Origin: Azolla caroliniana
Taxonomy: Eukaryota > Plantae > Polypodiophyta
Direction: 5' to 3'
NCBI GenBank assembly: GCA_043228905.1
Contig: JBHGNT010000014.1
Span: 1,364,001-1,428,000, forward strand
Length of the DNA: 64,000 nucleotides
A program made the position numbers and the translations under genes. Position 1 is the first letter of the stretch. Each line of letters starts with the position of its first letter. This document shows, in pieces, positions 48,665-60,397 of this stretch. Under the pieces are notes generated by a model, which worked only from the letters and a program-made list of their open reading frames with translations, was not told where the DNA came from and ran no database searches.

Positions 48665-49382
48665 GTCAGTAGTACGAAGCCTAGAAATATATCACCCCTC
48701 CATACTCTACTTTTAACACCGGGTCATTTGAAACAGGTAATATGTCGCATTCTCTTTTTCATATCTTAGTGAGATGTTAAAAAATGCCTTATTTAAGCAA
48801 AATTTCAACAAGGCACGACGCATGTGTATGTGGTTTATGAAAACATAGCGAAAAAAAGAACTAACTAATATCACGTCAACAAAATCATCCGACGTATATT
48901 CTATCTACCATGTTTTTGTCCAAATCTTAGACAGGGGTGTATTTGTCAACACAAGTATAATAGTAACACGGGTCCTTGTGCATATTCTAAAAAGCATGCC
49001 CCATTGAATAAGTGACTTCTTCTAATTATGTGTGTATATTTAAATATAATACATCTTAAAGCAAATTGTGAACCTTGCAATTAAGAGATACTACTATGTC
49101 AAGAGAAAATTTCCATTGACACGTGATACATGACACTGTCAATGTATAAATAAACTAGTCTACAATAACATTCCAATCATACGAGTAAATGATAGAGTAT
49201 AAACTTATCTCCGATATACCCCAAATGATAAAGGAGAGTTTAGATAACATGTACACATACAAGTATACTTAATTTCTAAGTTCAATGATTGTTACACGAA
49301 AATTATAAGTAAGCTCAACTTATATATTATGTCAAAATTTAACAATTCATATTGTTCAAAATTTACAATAAGCCATAACCAT

Positions 49383-49856
49383 TCAATCGAATAATAAGTC
49401 TGGTAAAGCCGTCTACTCAGGATTAGCTCTTTCATCAGGATTGTCCTCATTGGCTTCGTCAATACGCTAAGTTGAATTGTTAGTATGTTCAGACTCTGAA
49501 ACGTCTTCTAATTAAACAAGTTGCCCTGCGTCTTCATCTATAGTTCCACAAGTTTTCTAAAAGTCATCTGGAACATCTAAGTTTTATTGATATGCTTTGC
49601 CCCAACTTCTTGGTCTTGATCAGGATAACCCCAGATACCTTGGATCCTCATTTTGATGACATTAACTTGCTCAAGGTCCTTCTCTAATGCAATAGAGTTC
49701 CTGATAATCTTTAAGGCGTATGTTTTAGTAGTACATTACAGTAGAATGAAATTGCATAGGTAACATCAAACTGAAGAATAGAATATAACGTTAATCTAAA
49801 TTGATGTAACTTTTATATTATATACCTGTGTCAGAAAACTAATATAAAACCCATTG
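49383..49856 (-). pseudogene. Putative amino-methyltransferase C-terminal part (SAM-binding motif I region)
   Basis: QWVLY*FSDTG (decayed WVLDLFSGTG; exon 49856-49826), a phase-1 intron with a degenerate acceptor, then TTKTYALKIIRNSIALEKDLEQVNVIKMRI from 49734. An acidic tail ends ALPDLLFD*. Confidence 0.65.
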
Positions 49857-49919
49857 AAAATTTGAAACAATAAAATTTGAAACAATAAAATTTGAAAAAA
49901 TAAAAAATCTTGGACTTTT

Positions 49920-51830
49920 AATTGGAATCCCATGCGATGCACTAGATTTCAGTTGAAAATCCAAGTTTTTTTTTTTTTTTGTAATTTTTAAAATTTTTTC
50001 CATTACAAAATAAAAAATGGATTTTCAGCTAAAATACTATGCACTACATTATATTTTAGTATATATAGCTAGAATCTAATGCAATGCGTTGGATTAGAGT
50101 CGAAAATCCTTTTTTCTTTTTTCTTTTTCCAATGTTATTTATTTATTTATTTTCCATATAAAAAAATAATAAACGGCTTTTCAACTGAAATCTGATACAC
50201 TACATCAGATCATAGTCTATACAGCTAGACATTGATGCATTGCATCAGATTTTAGCTGGCAATCCTCTTTCTTTTCCATTGTTTTTCATTTTTTCAAAAA
50301 ATAAATAAAAATATATTAAAAAAGTGGATTTCGAACTGAAATCTAATGCACTACATCGAATTTCAATTAAAAATCCAAATTTCTTTTAGGTTTTTCATAA
50401 AACAATGAGATAATAAAAAAATATTACATTTTCAACAAAATCTGAACCATTGAGTCGGATTTCAATTGCAAATTAATGTTTTATGAAAAAACATAAGAAA
50501 AATATTTGACTTTCAACGGGAATCCGATGCACTGCATCGGATTTCCATTGAAAATCCTGTTGAAAATGATGTGTTTTCAACGGGAATCCGATGCACTGCA
50601 TCGGATTCCCGTTGAAAACACATCATTTTAAATGGAGAAAATCACAATTTGTTTATTTTTAACACTTTTTTAGAGAAAAATATAAACAAATAAGACAATT
50701 TGTAAACAAACAAGAAAAAGTGGACTTTCAATGGAAATCCGATGCAGTGCATCCGATTTCTGTTGAAAATCCATTTTTTTCAATTCCTACATATTTATTT
50801 ATGATAAAAACAAAAACAATTCAAAACAAATACAAAAACAAATTCAAAATATCTGAAAAATTGGAAACAAATAAGAAAAAATGGATTTTCAATAGAAATC
50901 CGATGCATCTATTGGCAACCCATTTTTTGCAATTTTTATTTATTTATTTATGGGAAAAAATTAAAAAAAAATTAAAAAATACAAAAAAATATTTTAAAAT
51001 ATGAAAATTTGGTAACAAATAGCAAAAAGTGGACTTTCAATAGAAATCCGATTCCTTTGAAAATTCATTTTTTCAATTTCTATATAGTTATTTATGAGAA
51101 AATAGACAAACAAAATACCAAAAAAATTCTAAAAACTATGAAAATTTGGAAAAAAATAAGAAAAAGTGGATTTTCTATGGAAATCCGATGCGGTGCATCG
51201 GATTTCCATTGAAAATCTATTTTTTCAATATTTATTTATTTTTTATAGAAAAAATTCAAAAAAATTCAAAAAAATTTAAAAAAAAAGCAAATTTGGAAAA
51301 AAATACGTAAAAGTGGACTTTCAACCAAAATCCGATGCAGTGCATCGGATTTCCGTTGAAAATCCATTTTTTCAATTTTTATTTATTTTTTTATGGGAAA
51401 AATAAAAACAAATTCAAAAACAATTCAAAAAATAAGAAAATTTTCAAAAAAATAAGAGAAATTGGATTTTTAATTGAATCCGATGCATGGAATTGGATTT
51501 CCATTGAAATATAATTTTTCAATTTTAATTAATTAATTTATGAGTAAAATAATAAATGTTTATTTATTTATTTATGGGAAAATGTTTTATTTTTTCAATT
51601 TGTATTTATTTATGTATTTTCGGGAAATCCATGCAATGTATCATATTTTAGTCTATGTAGCTAGAATTCAATGCAATGCATTAAAATGCAAGAGTATTTT
51701 TTTAATGGAAATTTTTTAAAAAATTCCAAGACTTACAGGAATCTGATGCATTATATCCAATTCTAGATGTATAGAGTAAAATTCGACATGTTGCGTCAAA
51801 TCTAGATGGAATGAATCGGATTTCTGTACG
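49920..51830. repeat. Array of more than 15 palindromic AATCCGATGCA-N-TGCATCGGATT units separated by AT-rich spacers
   Basis: Clear units at 50521, 50585, 50736, 51182 and 51328, plus many degenerate ones. Perfect 67-bp palindrome at 50563-50629. Confidence 0.9.
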
Positions 51831-52684
51831 ACATCAAAGGCTTACTATGAGAATCTAAGAAAAATGGAAAACATCTTTAAGACATTTTTTAGATTCTAAT
51901 GATTTTGGTAGAAAGCTTCTCTCACATAATCTAATCTTGTAAATGGAAAGTACATAATGAAATATCATAACCAAAAAGTGAGGAGGAAAGATGCATCAAG
52001 CACATCTACTCTTACATTGGATAATGTTTATATATTAGTGTATGACTTATCTTTGACCAAAACAAGTTATCTGTGACAGACCACAATGAAGATACTAAAA
52101 GAGGATCTGGAATGTGGCTTCAGACACAACACAAAGACAAACAAGAAGCATGACTCATAAACTCGATGAGGTTGGATTGCAATTGGATCAACACAATGCA
52201 TTAGTTGCCATTGATGATGAGGATGAGACCTCATAAACTCGTACTAGTTCATCTAATGGGTATGAAGATGATGACATAAACTTGAAAAATGATTGTCCTG
52301 ATACGTTAACTATAAATATTGTATTGCACATCAAGATTTGGATTCAGAATTTCTATAAATATTGGGGTCAGTCATTTTGGACATTCATTTGTAAGTTTGG
52401 CATGTCCATTATTTAGGCATTTTTTTGAACACCTAAATTTCCGTACATGTTAAAAATCAATATATTTTTGGGTCATTTTTAAAATTCCTTTACGCATGCA
52501 ACACCCCTTTTGTGAATCACCCTAATTTGTGTCATTTTTTGATGGACAATTCTCAAAATGCGACATATTACCTGTTTCAAATGTCCCGGTGTTTTTTGTT
52601 GTTCAAATATATATATATATACATACATAGTAAAAAGACAACAACCTCAATACTATGGCAAGCTCCACTCAGACAAGGAAATCC

Positions 52685-55600
52685 TGTTGGGAATTCGGTC
52701 CCTCCGGATGGGATTAGGATGAGATCCAGACGAGCCGAAGGAAGGAACCGGACCGGATGCAGCAACCGGACAGGACCAGAAGATATCCGGATGGATCCGG
52801 TGTGAACCATATCCAGGGACATATCTGCAAATATGTTTCTGGTGTGCCTGTAAAGGCTATATTTGTAAATAGTCTTAAAGTCATATAAGTATAAATATGA
52901 CTTACGGCAATCACTTTGAAATGTTAGTGTTGTTGTTGTTGTTAGTTGTATCATAGTAGTACAGAGAGAGAGAGAGAAGTGAAGCCGCTGGTTGGCGAAG
53001 ATACAGAGCTCGAGGTCGTTGCCTCTAAGTCTCTTGTTGTACCTCCTTTCTCGATAGTGATAGTTGGAGTCTGTCGGCTCTCGTGGTTTTTCCCTATTAG
53101 GGCTTTCCATGTAAACATCATGTGTCGTCTCTTCTATGTAAGTGTACAAACCTCCATTTCTGTTTTGTTCTTTCATAAAGTGTTTGAGTTTCGGTTGTGG
53201 CCGAGCACTATTCCACTCAAACTGGTATCAAAGCAAACAAGAAAATGGAAGAGTCATTCGGAAGCATGTTCAAGCTCACCGGCTCCAACTACCCAGTGTG
53301 GAAGTCGAAGATGAGGGACATGCTCGTGGTCAAAGATCTCTAGCTACTAGTACAGTTCGGGGACAAGAAACCGGACAAGATCGATGCCATGACATGGGAG
53401 GTGATGCACATGAAGACAAAGGCATACATACGAGGCTTCATCGATATGAGCCTGTACAACAACTTCAATGAAGAAAGTAAGGCTCATGTGCTCTAGGAGA
53501 AAATCGGCACCATGTTGGAGAGCAAAAACGTCGTAAATCGAGTTTCGGTATTCCTGAAGTTAGTGAGACTTCGGTACTAGGACGGATCCAACATGGCAAC
53601 ATATGAACGCATTCCAGGGGCTTATAAATCAAACAAATTTGCTTGAAGTACCTTTGGCTGACGAGGTACTTGCGTTGTTATTGCTCGGTTCCCTCCCGGA
53701 TAGCTGGAAGCCATTAAGCAACTATCCCTAGCAAGAGTGAAGTCAAGCTTGCTAGATAAAGAGGCACGTCGGAAAGTTAAGGAAGTGATCTCCGACCCAA
53801 AAGCCCTGATTTCCGAATCTGACACACAACGAGGGAGAAACCGCTACCAGAGTTCCCAAAACCGGGAAAAGTTAGGGACAAGGTCAAAGTCAAGGGGGAG
53901 GCCTACTTGCTTCTATTGTGGGAAGCCAGGACACTTCCAGTAGAACTGTCGGCACTTCCGGAAAGAGAAAGGGACCAACATGACCGATTCGAAGAAGAGT
54001 TCGTACCCAAATGGTTCGGACCGGTGAGGTCCGTATCGGAAACGAGCGTCGGCGATCGCGACAAGTGAAGAAGGACTCTTGCTCATCACCAAGGAGAATG
54101 AGTTAAACATTGTCGGCGATGAGACAACGTGGGTTGTCGATTCCGGAGCATCGTTCCACCTGACATCAAATCGGAAATGCTTCTCATCCTACATTGCCGA
54201 AGATCACAGTCGTGTCCAGATGGGGAATGAAGGGTCATGCCGAATTGTCTACATAGGAGATGTGTGGTTGAGGACATCAACCGGGTGTAAGTTGCTGCTG
54301 AAGTGAAAAGAATGGCGTGCAGAAGCAATATAGGAAACCGACTACAGAAAACGCAAGTTTAATGAAAAGCTTAGGTTTGCACAGTACGCATTTGAGATAT
54401 AGAGAGAGAGTAAAGACAAGAACTTAATTCAAAAATAATACTCGATCTGTACATAGGATGTGCTCAATGAGCACCTTTATACAAGCCCTGACAATCAGGT
54501 TGACACAAGTACTGACGGTACTTGACTGCTCATAAATGAGCCCCGACACTAACACCCAAATATATTCCTTGCGGAATATATTTCTAATGGCCTCCCGGTT
54601 TCCGCACCGATCCGGCCTAACCGATCGGTCCCAACCGATCCGGTCCTCGGCTTGCTCAGCCAATCCGGCCAATGTTGAGCTTGTCTCTCAACACTCCCCC
54701 TCAAGCTCAACTTGAGGCTCTTCGGGATCTTCCGGATCACCACTCCGGTTCCTCCTGGCTCTACGCCTTGCTCGCGCTCCTCGACTTGTTCGACTCCGCA
54801 TGCTTCGACCCTTCTGGTCGGTTTGTCTGCCCCCATAGCCCTTCACATCTCCCTCATTGTCGCGGTGTTGGCGCTTCTCCTGTTGCCTTCTTTGCCGCTT
54901 GGCCCTCAGTTGATTTAGTGTATCCGAATCAAACATCCGAATCGATTCGGCTACCTCTGATCGGTTTTCGCTCTCGTCCGAGTTGGCTGTCTCCAACTCG
55001 TCTTCGGTCTTCTCGCCCTTGACGGCGTCATCTCCCCCATGCTTGGTTGGCTTCGGCTCTTTCTTTCGGTTGCTCCCCTTATGTCCGCTTTTGGACTCTT
55101 CCGCGGATCCGCCCTCGGCTTCTTCAGCCGGTCCGGAGTCGCATTCGTCATCCAACTCGGTGTTGCGGCCTCTTCCGCTCCCTTCCTGCTCCCTTGCTCG
55201 ATCTTTCGAGGTTGTTCTCCCCCTCAAGTTTGGCACGTCGAGGTGACGCAACCCAAGCGCATCCGAGAATTGCTGCAACTTGTCCAGACCAAGCGGCTTG
55301 GTGACGATGTCGGCAGTTTGCCGATCCGTCGGAACATACTGAAGTTTGACTTCACCAAAAAGGACACGCTCACGGAAAAAATGGTAGTGTACCTCAATGT
55401 TCTTGGTTCGTGCATGGAAAACGAGGTTCTTCACGAGCTGGATGCTGTTGAGGTTGTCGCAGTAGATCGTCGTCGGATCGAACACCTCCTCTTGCAGGTC
55501 CTTAAGTAGCCGCTTCAACCATATGGCTTTACATGTCGCGACAGCCGCTCCTCGGTACTGAGCTTCGGTGCTCGACAATGCAACTGTCGGCTGCTTCTTA

Positions 55601-58600
55601 TTGCTCCACACTATCACAACACTCCCAAGAGAGAACCCGTATCCGAACATGGATCAGCGATCGGCGGCGTTGCCAGCCCAATCAGCATCGGTGTAGCTGA
55701 CCAACTACGGGGTTGTATCGGACCAATATAGTAGCCCCCGGTCCTTAGTGCCACTGACGTACCGGAGTACGCGTTGTGCGCACATAAGGTGTTCCTCGGT
55801 CGGTCGCACCATGAACTGACTAATCACCCCGACCGGGTAGCTGAGATCTGGTCGGGTGATGGTCAAGTATATAAGGTTGCTGACCATCTGTCGAAACCTC
55901 GTCGGGTCGCATACCTTTCTAGAATCAGGGCGAAGCTTGACAGTTCTATCCAGAGGAGTCGAGACGGACTTACAGTCTGTCATCCCGAATTTGAAGAGAA
56001 TATTCAGTGCGTAATGATGTTGGTTGATCAGTATGCCTTCGGGGGTGCGGATCACTTCGATCCCGAGGAAGTAATGAAGGTCCCCTAGATCCTTCATGCC
56101 GAATGATGCCACAAGCTGGAGCTTCACGCGGTCGATTTTACCTAGGTCGGCGCCAGTGATGACCAAGTCATCAACATATAGTAAAATACTGACCGGACCG
56201 AGTCGACCTTTCCGGATGAACAGGGAAGAGTCCGATTTGACGTTGCAAAGCCCATCCGACGCAGTTGCTGCGTGATCTTCACGTTCCAGGCACGTGGGGC
56301 TTGCTTCAGTCAGTAAAGGGACTTCTTCAATTGGCACACTACCGACGTGTTCGTTCCGGAGTGAAATCCGGGGAGTTGTACCATGTATACCTGTTCCACA
56401 AGCTCACCTTGCAAGAACGCATTCTTTACATCCATCTGATGTAAGTGCCACCCCTTTGCCGCAACTACCGCGAGCAAAACATGGACGGTCGTCATCTTCG
56501 TGACCGGCACAAACGTCTCATCGTAGTCGATGCCGTGTTTCTGCACGTAGCCTTTCGCTACTAACCGGCCCTTGTATCGGTTGACCGAGCCTTCGGTGTT
56601 GTACTTGACCTTGTACACCCACCTACATCCGATCGACTTCACACCTTTCAGTGCGTCAACTAGGTCCCAGGTTGCATTTTCCGCCAATGCATGCATCTCT
56701 TCCTTCATCGCGGCGCGCCAATTCGCGTCCTTAGCCGCTTCTACGTAGCTCTCCAACTCACGCACTTCCGCTACACGGGTCATGTACGCATAATGATGCG
56801 CCATGTACTCGTTGTATCCAAACCGCACAACTGGGTTCTTCTGGCGGGTAGATCGGCGTAATCGGTCATTAGCCGATGTCGAGGTCTTCTCGGCCAACGC
56901 GGACTTCACTCTGGAAGACCCGTCACCGCTTCCCTCGGAGTCGGACTCGCGTCAGTCTGACTCGTTCCTATCCGTGCCGGAATCCGACACCTTCTTCTTC
57001 CCTTTCTCTTTGCGCGTAAGCCGTCTCCTCGGCTTCCTGCGCGGGGAATGCACGGCCGAGTCTCCACTACTCGCCGGCTCTTCATCGGACTGGTCGTATC
57101 GACTCAGTCGTTCATTCGGTCCACTTAACCGAAACGAAATCGGACTCTCTTCGCGGGTCCCGATTTCAGGCTCATCCAGAGGCATCTCGGCCTCATTGAC
57201 CTCATCATCAGAACTCGGATTGGAGGTGAGGTCTGGACTTAGAGGCAAGTACCAGGACGCGGACTCATCAAACACAACGTCGCGGCTCACGCGCGCTTGT
57301 TTGGTGCGCGGGTTATAACACTTATAACCCTTCTGCTCGTCCGAGTAACCAACCAAGATACATGTCTCGGCCTTTGCGTCCAGCTTCCTCCATTTCTTCT
57401 TTGGCACATGCACATACGCAATGCTACCGAGCACTCGTAAGTGTCGTAAGTTCGGCTTCGTTCCGAAATATAGCTCGTGCACCAACACTTTTTCTCCTAT
57501 CCGATTCTAGATGTATACCGCGGTCCTTACCGCCTCGGTCCAGTAGAACTTGGGCAAGCTCTTCTCCTCCAACATTGCGCGTGCCGCTTCCACAAACGAC
57601 CGATTTTTCCTCTCAACCACGCCGTTTTGCTCCGGCGTGTATCTACAACTGAATTCGCACCGAATTCCCATCTGTTGTAGATAACCGTTGAATTAACCGG
57701 AAAAGTATTCTTTTCTACCATCCGACCACAAGCACCTGATATTTCTTCCTGTTTCTGTTTCCACGAACCCTATGAGGTCCCGGAAACAATCGAAGACTTC
57801 GCTCTTCCTCTCAAAGAGGTAGATCCACGTGTGCCGCGTGTAGTCGTCGATGAAGGAGACGAAATATCGGCTCCCGCCAAGACTAACGTTTTGTGCCGGC
57901 CCCCACACATCGGAGTGTATCAAGTCAAGCTTGTTCCGGCACCGGTTACGCTCGTTGGGGAAAGGAAGTCGGTGTTGCTTCCCAAGCTAGCAGGCTTCAC
58001 AAATTTGTGCCTTCCCTTGGTCGACGATCTGTCCGACCGACACCAAGTTCTTCGTGATTGTCGGAATGTGTAGCATGTTCATGAGTTTCCCTTTCTGCAC
58101 GACATGGCTCAGGGGAACTTCTCCGACATTCGCAATCGGATGCGGAGTGTCGTCTCCGGTTGCGACTACTCCCGGTTGCATTGGTTTTTCTAGGTATGAG
58201 AACCACTCCTTATGGCTCGTCATGTGATTTGGCACGCCGGAGTCGACGTACCACACCTCGTCCGATTTCGGGGTGGTCTGCTTCATTGAGTTTGCTTCGT
58301 GTCTCGTCACGAAGGCAGACCTTTTTCCGGCTTTTCCGGATCCTTCGGCGTAGTGCGATAGCTGCCGGTTTCCTTTGTTGGTATGTCTAGAACCAGTCCT
58401 CTCCGACTCGGCGCGCTTTTTCCAGAACTCGCTCTCCCTGTGGCCTTTCTTGCCACAGTACCAGCATTCTGTGGCGGGTTTCCCTTGCCGGTTCTCATCG
58501 CCTCGACTCCCCCTGTTTCCGAAGGGTCCGGAATTGTTGTCGGCATCATTTCGATGCCTCCTTCCTTGATCTCGTCGGCCGCCTCCATCGCGCACCGACT

Positions 58601-60397
58601 CGCCTCGTCCTCCACGTCCATGGGGCCTATCTCCCTCCATGTACAGCATCTTGTTGTCGGTGTGCGTGCTCGTTGACGCACCCACGTGGTTCTCCTGTAC
58701 TTGGAGCATCGACTGTAAGTCAGAAAGGACGACGTATTCTCCCGGGTACACACAGCAGTTCGGAACGCTCCGAACTTCGACGCCAAACCCCCAAGACAGA
58801 CCTAGACCATCTCGCTTTCCTCGATGTTCACATCGATGGAAGCTAAGGAGTTACATATGTCCTTGATCTTCGAGGTATAGTCAGCCACTGACAAATCGCG
58901 TTGTCGTAGGTTGCTCAACTCCTGTCGGAGCTGAAGCTTCCTGGATGTGGTGCTCGCGGCGAAGATCTTCTTCAGATTTTCCCAAGCACCCTTCGGCGTT
59001 TTCACATCCCGAACATAGCTTAATAGTTGTTCGCCCACACAAGACGCGAAACAATATAGCACTCTGCTCGCCGATTGTTCCCACGCCGGGAAGTCTTTGT
59101 GTGTCGATTTGGGTGTTGTGTCATTTGCTCCGTCGACATAGCTCCAGTAACCGTGCCCGAGCAGGTATTGGTGCATCTTGTAGGACCAAGCTGCGTAGTT
59201 GTTTCTATCGAGCTTCTCCGTCGGAAGCGAGCTAGCCATGCCTCTATCCATCGGTTTTACCTGTTCTTCTCGTTTGTTTTTTTTTCTTTTCAAGCTATGT
59301 CGGCTGCAGAGGTTATCAACCCTCGCGCTCTGATACCATGAAAAGAATGGCATGCAGAAGCAATATAGGAAACCGACAACAGAAAACGCAGGTTTAATGA
59401 AAAGCTTAGGTTTGCAGAGTACACACGGGAGAGATAGAGAGAGATTAAAGACAAGAACTTAATTCAAAAATAATACTCGATTTGTACATAGGATGTGCTC
59501 AGTGAGCACCCTTATACAAGCCCTCACAATCGGGATGACACAAGTACTGACGGTACTTGACTGCTCATAAATGAGCCTCGACACTAACACCCAAATATAT
59601 TCCTTGCGGAATATATTTCTGATGGCCTCCCGGTTTCCGCACCGATCTGGCCTAACCGATCGGTCCCAACCGATCCGGTCTTTGGCTTGCTCAGCCGATC
59701 CGGCTGATGTTGAGCTTGTCTCTCAACATGAAGGATGTCCGACACGTTTCGGAGGTTCGGTTGAACCTGATATCAACTGGTCGGTTAGATGATTAAGGCT
59801 ACACGGGTAGCATCCGGAACGGAGTCATGAAATTCAGCAAAGAAAGCCTAATCGCGGCTCTAGCCGAGAAGATCAACACGTTGTACCTTATGCACACCCG
59901 GATATGCCGAGAAGAAGTGAACATAGCATCTGACAATGCCGGTGAGCTGTGGCACAAGAGACTGTGTCATATGAGCCAGAAGGGGATGAGAAGACTAGCC
60001 GAAGATAACCTCATTCCGGAGGTGAAAGACGTGCATCTTGAGAAGTGCACCGATTGCTTGACCGGCAAGCAAAACCGAACCTCCTTCCAGTCAAGACGAC
60101 CGATGAGATGAAATGCATCGTTGGAGCTGGTGCATACCAATGTGTGTCAAGTGGACACGAAGTCACATGCCGGATCACAGTACTTTGTGACCTTCATAGA
60201 CGACCACAACCGGAAGTTGTGGGTCTCACTGTTCAAGAAAAAGGATCAAGTGTTGTCCGTCTTTAAGGAGCTACACGCAAGAGTGGAAAGGGAAACCAGT
60301 CGGAAGCGAAAGGCGGTTCGAGCTGATAACAAAGGTGAATACCGGGGTAATTCCAGGAGTACTGTCAGTCGAAGGGAAACTGGCTCGAATACACCGT
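52685..60397 (+). mobile_element. Decayed Ty1/copia element related to 33258-38842: LTR 52685-53219, PBS, gag-PR-IN, interrupted at 54304 and 60398
   Basis: TGTTGGGA...CTCA followed by TGGTATCAAAGC. CFYCGKPGH, WVVDSGAS, LLK|DVRHV joined across TSD TGAAG, WHKRLCH, FIDDH. Confidence 0.9.
54304..59728 (-). mobile_element. Full-length decayed Ty1/copia retrotransposon with 390-bp LTRs (59339-59728, 54304-54693)
   Basis: 5-bp TSD TGAAG; Met PBS 59327-59338; PPT TGAGGGGGAG. gag, WYVDSG, HSDVWGP, LYVDDL and RNase H. Confidence 0.96.

Larger units (their letters stand above)
48715..52593 (+). mobile_element. TIR DNA transposon copy B (internally deleted; MTase C-term, palindrome array, transposase C-term)
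   Basis: Near-perfect TIRs AACACCGGG(T/A)CATTTGAAACAGGTAATATGTCGCATT, flanked by TTTT/TTTT. Transposase tail EVGLQLDQHNALVAIDDEDET at 52165-52235. Confidence 0.85.

Noticed and set aside
49920-51830. CRISPR-like array (palindromic repeats with spacers)
   Set aside because: Spacers are long (over 100 bp), AT-rich and similar to each other; repeats are degenerate; there are no cas genes; the context is a eukaryotic transposon.
17897-52593. Transposon copies A and B as arms of the same inverted duplication as the 4CL-like genes
   Set aside because: Their positions are not symmetric relative to the genes, each has its own host and flanks, and they look more diverged than the gene arms.
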